DNA of 30,891 nucleotides from Legionella genomosp. 1 (GTDB lineage Bacteria; Pseudomonadota; Gammaproteobacteria; Legionellales; Legionellaceae): NCBI GenBank assembly GCA_945862275.1, contig CAMAYA010000001.1, positions 1 to 30,891 of the forward strand, read 5' to 3'. Shown piece by piece: positions 24,210 to 30,891 of this stretch (position 1 is its first letter; each line of letters starts with the position of its first letter). The notes under the pieces were generated by a model. It saw only the letters and a program-made list of their open reading frames with translations, ran no database searches and was not told where the DNA came from. The position numbers and the translations under genes were made by a program.

Positions 24210-24232
24210 TTTAGCCGTTTGAGAGGTATAAT
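24204..24232 (+). promoter_or_regulatory. Putative dnaB promoter whose -35 overlaps the IS end
   Basis: ATCACA (24204-24209), 17-bp spacer, TATAAT (24227-24232). Confidence 0.5.
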
Positions 24233-24262
24233 GATGCTCCATGCCGTCTTTTCGTTGAAACC

Positions 24263-25645
24263 ATGACAGAACTCCAAATGCGTAAGAAAACAGCCGATCC
24301 GTTGAAACGCCCGCCACACTCGGTGGAAGCGGAGCAGTCGATCATCGGTGGACTGCTGCTTGAGAATCAGGTTTGGGATAAAATTAACACGAAATTATGC
24401 GAAGCCGATTTTTATCGCACAGAGCATCGCATTTTATATCGGGCCATTCTTAATTTAGCCAGTAAAAGCCAGCCGTTTGATGTGGTGACCTTGCTCGATA
24501 CCTTGAAGTCGAGTAATAACCTGGATGATGCCGGTGGGGAAGCGTATCTTTTTGAACTGGCTAACAACACGCCCAGTGTCGCCAATGTCTCGGCATATGC
24601 GGATATCGTGCGTGAAAAATCTGTTCAGCGCCAATTGATTTCCGTGGCTACATCCATTGCAGATTCTGCCTATAACCCAGGCGATCGCGATGTGCCCGAA
24701 TTGCTTGATTTTGCAGAACGACACGTCTTTGCTATTGCCGAACAAACAGCCGGTGATGGGGGGCCTGAAGTCATCAAATCCATTTTGGTGCGCGCAGTCG
24801 AGAAAATTGATGCGCTGTATCACAGTGGAGAATCCATCACCGGGCTCGCCACAGGATTGGCTGATTTAGATGAACTAACCTCGGGCTTGCAGCCATCTGA
24901 TTTAATCATTGTGGCCGGTCGCCCATCCATGGGTAAAACGACGTTGGTCATGAACATTGCCGAGCATGTGGCCATTAAAGCGGTTAAGCCCGTGCTGGTT
25001 TTTTCGATGGAAATGCCGGCAGATTCTTTGGCCATGCGGATGATGTCATCCCTTGGGCGCATTGATCAACATCGCATTCGTACCGGTAAATTAGAAGATG
25101 ACGATTGGCCTCGCGTAACATCAGCGGTGCACATGCTATCCGAGGCCCCATTATTTATTGACGATTCACCGGCGTTAAGCCCTGCAGAAGTGCGTGCGCG
25201 TGCACGGCGATTAATGAAAGAGCATGGGCAGTTAGGCCTCGTTGTCATCGATTATTTGCAGCTCATGAAGATCGCGGGCTTTAAAGCGGATAACCGAACG
25301 GCTGAAATTTCTGAAATTTCGCGCAGCTTGAAATCATTGGCGAAAGAATTATGTTGTCCGGTCATTGCCTTGTCGCAGTTAAATCGGAGCTTGGAACAGC
25401 GACAAGACAAGCGGCCAGTTATGTCTGACTTGCGTGAATCCGGCGCGATTGAGCAGGATGCGGATTTGATTTGTTTTATTTACCGTGATGAAGTGTATAA
25501 CGAAGACAGCCCTGACAAGGGGTGTGCTGAAATCATCATTGCGAAACAGCGAAATGGCCCAATTGGGCGTGTTCGCGTCGCCTTTTTGGGCAAATACACT
25601 CGATTTGAAGATTTGGCCTTTAGCGGTTATCAAGGAGAGGATTGA
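24263..25645 (+). CDS. dnaB: Replicative DNA helicase
   Basis: [10 protein letters not shown], Walker [49 protein letters not shown]; no intein. Confidence 0.98.
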   Translation: MTELQMRKKTADPLKRPPHSVEAEQSIIGGLLLENQVWDKINTKLCEADFYRTEHRILYRAILNLASKSQPFDVVTLLDTLKSSNNLDDAGGEAYLFELANNTPSVANVSAYADIVREKSVQRQLISVATSIADSAYNPGDRDVPELLDFAERHVFAIAEQTAGDGGPEVIKSILVRAVEKIDALYHSGESITGLATGLADLDELTSGLQPSDLIIVAGRPSMGKTTLVMNIAEHVAIKAVKPVLVFSMEMPADSLAMRMMSSLGRIDQHRIRTGKLEDDDWPRVTSAVHMLSEAPLFIDDSPALSPAEVRARARRLMKEHGQLGLVVIDYLQLMKIAGFKADNRTAEISEISRSLKSLAKELCCPVIALSQLNRSLEQRQDKRPVMSDLRESGAIEQDADLICFIYRDEVYNEDSPDKGCAEIIIAKQRNGPIGRVRVAFLGKYTRFEDLAFSGYQGED

Positions 25646-25646
25646 C

Positions 25647-26717
25647 GTGGCGAGACCCACTCGAATCTCGATTGATGCGGCGGCTTTGTTGCACAATGTG
25701 CAACGGGTGAAACAATGCGCACCCAACAAAAAAATAGTCGCCATGGTGAAAGCCAATGCGTACGGCTGTCGGTTGGCATCCGTTTTGCCCGTGCTGGATG
25801 CGCATGTGGATGCATTTGGCGTGGCCTGTATTGAAGAAGCAGAAATGCTTCGCGCGCTCGGGAGCCATCGCGATTGTGTATTGTTTCAAGGCGTTTTCAG
25901 TGCTGATGAGTGGCTGCGGGTTGTTGATTTACAGTTGCAAAGTGTGGTTCATCAGGCGCGTCAGTTGCAGTGGTTGTTGGCACACCCCTTGGCGGACAAA
26001 ATTAAAATTTGGGTGAAAGTAGATACCGGCATGCATCGGTTGGGTTTTGAGCCCACGGAAGTGCCGGGTGTAATAGATGCTTTGCGCGCGTGTCCGTGGG
26101 TTCATTCTGAAATCGGTTTAATGACCCATTTGGCAAGTGCCGATGAGCCCCATCACCCGAGCAATGCCCTGCAGTTGCAAACGTTCGATAATCTATCGTA
26201 TCATCATGAAAATATTATACGCAGCATGGCGAATTCGGCCGCTATCATGGCGTTGCCTGAGGCCCATGGCGACGTGGTGCGGCCGGGTTTGATGTTGTAC
26301 GGCATATCGCCTTTTCCAAATCAAACAGCGAGTGCGTTGGATTTGATTCCGGTCATGCGGTTTGAGTCGGCGGTCACTGCCATTCACCATTATCCAGCGC
26401 ACGCTTGCATTGGTTATGGCGGGAGTTGGCAGCGCGATACCCCGTCCGTGATTGGTGTGGTTGCAGCCGGTTATGGTGATGGTTATCCACGCCATATTGA
26501 GGATAATACCCCGGTTTGGGTCAATGGTTTTATTGCCCCGGTTGTGGGCCGTGTTTCGATGGATATGTTGACAATTGATTTAACCGATTGTCCGAAAGTG
26601 AGCGTCGGAGATGCCGTGGAATTATGGGGGCAGCATGTTCCCGTGGAGGCAATTGCACAATCAGCAGGAACGATTCCTTATGAGTTGCTTTGCCATGTTT
26701 CATCAAGGGTTCGTTAA
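25647..26717 (+). CDS. alr: Alanine racemase
   Basis: AMVKANAYG (PLP Lys), [40 protein letters not shown]; GTG 25647 after SD AGGAGAGG. Confidence 0.96.
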   Translation: MARPTRISIDAAALLHNVQRVKQCAPNKKIVAMVKANAYGCRLASVLPVLDAHVDAFGVACIEEAEMLRALGSHRDCVLFQGVFSADEWLRVVDLQLQSVVHQARQLQWLLAHPLADKIKIWVKVDTGMHRLGFEPTEVPGVIDALRACPWVHSEIGLMTHLASADEPHHPSNALQLQTFDNLSYHHENIIRSMANSAAIMALPEAHGDVVRPGLMLYGISPFPNQTASALDLIPVMRFESAVTAIHHYPAHACIGYGGSWQRDTPSVIGVVAAGYGDGYPRHIEDNTPVWVNGFIAPVVGRVSMDMLTIDLTDCPKVSVGDAVELWGQHVPVEAIAQSAGTIPYELLCHVSSRVR

Positions 26718-26740
26718 ACTAATTCATTAAGGTGATCTAC

Positions 26741-27190
26741 ATGAAAAAAATAGTGGTGGCATCGTTGTCTTTGTCTATTTTGTTATCCAGCTGTGCCAAT
26801 GTGACCAATGAAGGCGTGGGCACGATAACCGGTGGTGTGGTGGGTGGCTTGATTGGCAGTCAATTTGGGGGTGGGGCCGGTAAAGTGGCCGCTGCTGCAG
26901 GGGGAGCATTGTTGGGCGCATTTTTAGGCGGGCGAATTGGTCAGTACATGGACCGACAAGACAAAATGGAAATGCAACATGCGCTGGAAACCACACCGGT
27001 CGGGCAATCTACGCAGTGGAAAAATCCAGACAATGGCAATCAATACACGATAAAACCAACGCGCACATACTACACGAATGAACAGCCTTGCCGAGAGTAC
27101 ATCACTCACGCTAATATCGGTGGCAAGAATCAACAGATTTATGGCAAAGCGTGCCGACAAGCCGATGGCTCATGGCGCGTTGCGAATTAA
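26741..27190 (+). CDS. 17-kDa surface antigen-family lipoprotein (glycine zipper)
   Basis: Lipobox LSSC, glycine zipper GGLIGSQFGGG, W-NPDNGN, CREY, YGKACRQADGSW; SD TAAGGTG before ATG 26741. Confidence 0.88.
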   Translation: MKKIVVASLSLSILLSSCANVTNEGVGTITGGVVGGLIGSQFGGGAGKVAAAAGGALLGAFLGGRIGQYMDRQDKMEMQHALETTPVGQSTQWKNPDNGNQYTIKPTRTYYTNEQPCREYITHANIGGKNQQIYGKACRQADGSWRVAN

Positions 27191-27204
27191 TTTCGTGAGG
27201 GACA

Positions 27205-27954
27205 ATGAAAATATTGGTAGCAGTGAAGCGTGTGGTCGACCCGTATGTCAAAATACGGGTTAAATCTGATCATTCGGGCGTTGACATACTGAATGTAAAG
27301 ATGTCAATGAACCCATTTGATGAAATTGCGGTTGAAGAAGCGTTACGCTTGCGAGAAAAGCAAGTGGCAACGGAGGTGGTAGTCGTCAGCATTGGGGCCG
27401 ATTCCAGTCTGGAAACACTGCGTCAAGGCCTGGCACTAGGCGCTGACCGCGCCATTTTGGTGCGAACGAACAGTGCTCATTGCAGTTTCAATGTTGCAAA
27501 AATCTTAAAAAAAATCGTACTAGACGAACAGCCTCAACTCGTGTTGATGGGCAAGCAATCGATTGATGGCGATAACAATCAAACCCCACAAATGTTAGCG
27601 GCCTTATTAAATTGGCCCCAAGCCACGTTTGCTTCTGCATTGCGTGTCGAGGGCGACGGAGTCCATGTTACTCGAGAAATCGACGGAGGCGTGGAAACAT
27701 TGAATGTGCAATTGCCGGCTGTTGTCAGCACCGATTTACGTCTCAATGAACCGCGTTATGCCAGTTTGCCAAACATCATGAAAGCCAAACAAAAACCTTT
27801 GAATATCCTGGAATTGGATGCCATGGGTCTTGAATTGAAAGATCACATCCAAATAATATCGGTGACGCCGCCAGCGGTTCGAAAGGGTGGTATCAAGGTG
27901 AACTCTGTGGCGGCATTGATCGATAAATTAAAACACGAAGCCAAAGTGATCTAA
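27205..27954 (+). CDS. etfB: Electron transfer flavoprotein beta subunit
   Basis: MKILVAVKRVVD, MNPFDEIAVEEA, LALGADRA, GKQSIDGD, DLRLNEPRY. Confidence 0.96.
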   Translation: MKILVAVKRVVDPYVKIRVKSDHSGVDILNVKMSMNPFDEIAVEEALRLREKQVATEVVVVSIGADSSLETLRQGLALGADRAILVRTNSAHCSFNVAKILKKIVLDEQPQLVLMGKQSIDGDNNQTPQMLAALLNWPQATFASALRVEGDGVHVTREIDGGVETLNVQLPAVVSTDLRLNEPRYASLPNIMKAKQKPLNILELDAMGLELKDHIQIISVTPPAVRKGGIKVNSVAALIDKLKHEAKVI

Positions 27955-28001
27955 CAAGAGGGTGTCATCAGATGGCACAAAATGGCTAAAAGGACAAAAA
28001 C

Positions 28002-28949
28002 ATGCCGACATTAATCCTAGTTGAACACGACAATCAAAAGATGAATCCCTCCACCCGAAACGTGCTGAGCGCGGCTTTGCAGTTGGATGAAAAACCCACG
28101 TTACTAGTGGTCGGCCACCAGTGCCAATCCGTAGCAGATGAAGCGGCAACATTGGCAGGCGTTGGCGTGGTTTTATTGGCCGATAACGTATGTTTTACTC
28201 ATCAAACGCCCGAGAACGTCAGTCAACTCGTGGCTTCTTGTGCGGCGTCCTACACGGCTGTTTTGGCGGCCTCCACCACACATGGAAAAAACATATTGCC
28301 TCGCGTAGCTGCCTTGCTGGATGTGACACAAGTCTCCGATGTGACGAGCATCATAGACAAAGAAACGGTACAACATCCGATTTATGCAGGTAATGCCATC
28401 GAAACCGTACGGGTTTTAGATGCGATTAAAGTCTTCACGATTCGCACCACAGCATTTGAAGCCGTGCATCAAGCGCAAGCGCCATGTTGCATTGAGCGCA
28501 TTGTTCAAGCCTTCCCACAAACACAAAGCACTTTTGTGGGGCATCAATTAAGCCCCTCTGTGCGTCCTGATTTAAACAGCGCCAAAATAGTGGTGTCTGG
28601 TGGGCGAGGGTTGCAAAGCGCTGAAAAATTCAAGTTGATTGAAACACTTGCAGATGCATTGGGGGCGGCAGTGGGTGCCTCCAGAGCGGCGGTGGACGCA
28701 GGCTTTGTGCCAAACGATTGCCAGGTCGGACAAACGGGTAAAGTGGTGGCACCTAACTTGTATATTGCGGTGGGTATTTCAGGCGCAATCCAACATTTGG
28801 CTGGCATGAAGGATTCAAAAGTGATTGTTGCCATTAACAAAGATCCCGATGCCCCCATTTTTCAAATGGCCACTTATGGTTTGGTGGGAGACTTGTTTGA
28901 ATTGGTTCCTGAATTGATTGAGCAATTGCAAAGGAGTGAAAAGGCATGA
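28002..28949 (+). CDS. etfA: Electron transfer flavoprotein alpha subunit
   Basis: [60 protein letters not shown]. Confidence 0.97.
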   Translation: MPTLILVEHDNQKMNPSTRNVLSAALQLDEKPTLLVVGHQCQSVADEAATLAGVGVVLLADNVCFTHQTPENVSQLVASCAASYTAVLAASTTHGKNILPRVAALLDVTQVSDVTSIIDKETVQHPIYAGNAIETVRVLDAIKVFTIRTTAFEAVHQAQAPCCIERIVQAFPQTQSTFVGHQLSPSVRPDLNSAKIVVSGGRGLQSAEKFKLIETLADALGAAVGASRAAVDAGFVPNDCQVGQTGKVVAPNLYIAVGISGAIQHLAGMKDSKVIVAINKDPDAPIFQMATYGLVGDLFELVPELIEQLQRSEKA

Positions 28950-30067
28950 TCGTAGGCGTCCTGAGAGAAATAAAACCACAAGAAAACCGAGTAGGGCTTG
29001 TTCCTGGCAGTGTGCTTGAAGTGATTCGGGTGGGTGGGACCGTCTTGGTAGAGCGAAACGCAGGGTTAGGCATTGGCATTACGGATGAAGACTATCATGC
29101 GGCAGGTGCCGAAATAGTCGATACAGCGGATGAAATTTTTGATAGGACAGAGCTCATCATCAAAGTGAAAGAGCCGCAACCTGTTGAGTGCAGACGATTG
29201 CGTGAAGGCCAAACGATATTCACCTATTTACATCTAGCGCCTGATCCACAGCAAACTCGGTTGTTGAAAGAATCAGGTGTCACGGCAATTGCATACGAAA
29301 CCGTCACCCAAAATGACGGTGGATTGCCACTATTAACCCCCATGTCGCAAGTCGCCGGTCGCATGTCCATTCAAGCCGGTGCGCATTGCCTGGAGATGGC
29401 ACAAGGTGGCAGTGGGATTTTATTAAGTGGTGTACCCGGCGTATCACCTGGGAATGTGGTGGTGATTGGTGGGGGTGTAGTCGGTACGAATGCTGCGCGC
29501 ATGGCCATGGGCATGGGAGCACGCGTCACGGTTCTCGATAAGTCATTGTCACGGTTACGCGAACTCGATTTTCAATTCGGGTCAAAATTAAACACGATAT
29601 ATGCCACCAGTGAAGCCTTAGAACGTTATGTGATTGATGCAGATTTGGTCGTGGGCGCTGTGTTGGTACACGGGGCTGCGGCGCCCAAATTGGTCACGCG
29701 TGCCATGTTACAGGCCATGCGCCCGGGTTCAGTTGTGCTAGACGTAGCCATCGACCAAGGCGGTTGTTTTGAAACCAGCAAACCCACTACGCATCAAGAA
29801 CCCACATACATGGCAGACGGGGTGGTGCATTATTGCGTGGCGAACATGCCAGGAGCCGTGCCTAAAACCTCTACGTTTGCGTTGAATAATGCCACGCTGC
29901 CTTTTATATTGAGTTTGGTGACGAAGGGCGTAAAACGGGCGTTGCTGAGTGATGGTCATTTGCTGAATGGATTGAATGTGCATCAAGGCATGATCACGTA
30001 TGAAGCGGTGGCGCGGGATTTGGGGTATGACTATATTGCGGCCACGGATGCGTTGGCCAATTATTAA
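28946..30067 (+). CDS. ald: Alanine dehydrogenase
   Basis: [49 protein letters not shown]. Confidence 0.96.
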   Translation: MIVGVLREIKPQENRVGLVPGSVLEVIRVGGTVLVERNAGLGIGITDEDYHAAGAEIVDTADEIFDRTELIIKVKEPQPVECRRLREGQTIFTYLHLAPDPQQTRLLKESGVTAIAYETVTQNDGGLPLLTPMSQVAGRMSIQAGAHCLEMAQGGSGILLSGVPGVSPGNVVVIGGGVVGTNAARMAMGMGARVTVLDKSLSRLRELDFQFGSKLNTIYATSEALERYVIDADLVVGAVLVHGAAAPKLVTRAMLQAMRPGSVVLDVAIDQGGCFETSKPTTHQEPTYMADGVVHYCVANMPGAVPKTSTFALNNATLPFILSLVTKGVKRALLSDGHLLNGLNVHQGMITYEAVARDLGYDYIAATDALANY

Positions 30068-30128
30068 GGATTTAATGAGGATTTAATACCCGCCGCCCGT
30101 TTTTTGTCTTTACATCGTGCTAAGCCCG

Positions 30129-30156
30129 GAGATCCCTCACGTTGTTCGGGATGACG
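30129..30156. repeat. REP-like palindromic element in a convergent intergenic gap
   Basis: GAGATCCCTCACGTTGTTCGGGATGACG, with ATCCC (30132-30136) pairing to GGGAT (30148-30152). It resembles GTCATCCCG...GGGATCTC repeats I recall from other bacteria. Only one copy is in this window. Confidence 0.4.
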
Positions 30157-30163
30157 TGGGGAG

Positions 30164-30891
30164 TTACGGGGTAACCACTTGGATATTTATGCCTTTGATG
30201 GTGGGGCTTTTTTGTGTTTCACGCAGGTAATCAATCAACGGGACCTCTACCACGTGATCTTGAGTTGATGTGGCGTGTCGAAACATCAGTACGCCGTTTT
30301 CCCAAATGGCAAAGCCTAAATGTGAGACATTCAAACGTGTCCCAATTTGCTGTTCCATGTCCCAATTGGGTCGAATCAGCTCAATAATGGCGGCATTTGG
30401 AATTTGGTTGAATAGTTGTTTGTTGGTGTGCCCTGAATGGTCAAAAAGGGCCGTTAAAGGAATATAAGGGATAGCGGAAATGACCCGTGGCAATTGCCGT
30501 CCTTTTTGCTTTAACTCAGCCAGGCGCTGTGCCTGCTCTGTTGGCGTGGCGTTATGAATGCGAGTGATGGATAAGGGGAGATGTTGATACCAGCTGGGTT
30601 TATCAATTAACGCATGCGCTATGTTAGCAACAGGGCGATCGTCGGCGTCACGTAACGTCGTGGTGATGTCTTTCGTGAACCCTTGCTGCTGATTGTTTTG
30701 GTTCCAATCCAAGCAAGTAAAGTGATTGCGATTAATAAATGAAACATGACCGTTTTTATAACGAATATGGCGAATATTTTGTTGAAATTGGGCCATGTCG
30801 TGGGCACGTGCTAGTGCAATAACCGTGTCTACATACGTTTCACAGTCAAATGCATCGGTGCGATAGAGCGGGCTCTGATCATACCGGGCAT
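30164..30891 (-). CDS. DUF1460 / amidase-like domain protein, 5'-truncated by the window edge
   Basis: The frame stays open to the edge (ARYDQSPLYRTDAFDCETYVDTVIAL); FDC-TYV, RNHF..DW, VSHLGFAI and HATS motifs. Confidence 0.75.
   Translation of the reverse strand, partial: ARYDQSPLYRTDAFDCETYVDTVIALARAHDMAQFQQNIRHIRYKNGHVSFINRNHFTCLDWNQNNQQQGFTKDITTTLRDADDRPVANIAHALIDKPSWYQHLPLSITRIHNATPTEQAQRLAELKQKGRQLPRVISAIPYIPLTALFDHSGHTNKQLFNQIPNAAIIELIRPNWDMEQQIGTRLNVSHLGFAIWENGVLMFRHATSTQDHVVEVPLIDYLRETQKSPTIKGINIQVVTP

Noticed and set aside
25485-25646. Long N-terminal extensions of alr (and likewise hutI 16080-16208 and the prenyl synthase 5881-5937)
   Set aside because: These are open-frame run-ons into or toward the upstream gene; downstream starts match family N-termini.
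467-30807. Remaining short antisense or off-frame ORFs in the six-frame track, and any CRISPR array, tRNA or rRNA
   Set aside because: The ORFs overlap well-supported genes and show no motifs; no regularly spaced repeats or structural RNA signatures were seen by eye.

Overview
Bacterial chromosomal window, most likely from a Legionellaceae genome. This is inferred from a CmpA-type OmpA lipoprotein, a PmrAB/QseBC-type two-component pair beside ispZ, tandem Pht-like MFS permeases and a 17-kDa antigen lipoprotein. The housekeeping backbone is malic enzyme, 2x MFS, dam, cmpA, kup, hutG/hutUHI, yebC-ruvC-ruvA, ispZ-pmrAB, dnaB-alr-17kDa-etfBA-ald and a DUF1460 gene cut by the edge. Two accessory patches interrupt it. 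(1) 4452-9306: an AT-rich block with an uncharacterised membrane protein, a polyprenyl diphosphate synthase, a small membrane protein, and a 701-aa fusion of an intact ferritin-like di-iron domain with a lipoyl-less E2-type acyltransferase domain. This is the best candidate for an undescribed lipid/isoprenoid-modifying system. (2) 19922-21232: a toxin-antitoxin hotspot with an intact HEPN/MNT pair, an 87-aa protein with a retroviral-type CCHC zinc knuckle, and a decayed vapBC operon too small for the ORF track. Several lesions are visible: an in-frame TGA in hutH, no canonical start codon for dam, a glycosyltransferase-like 3' remnant and an IS3-family stub at the dnaB promoter. No rRNA, tRNA or CRISPR array was seen. 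All family assignments come from motif recognition by eye; no database search was run.
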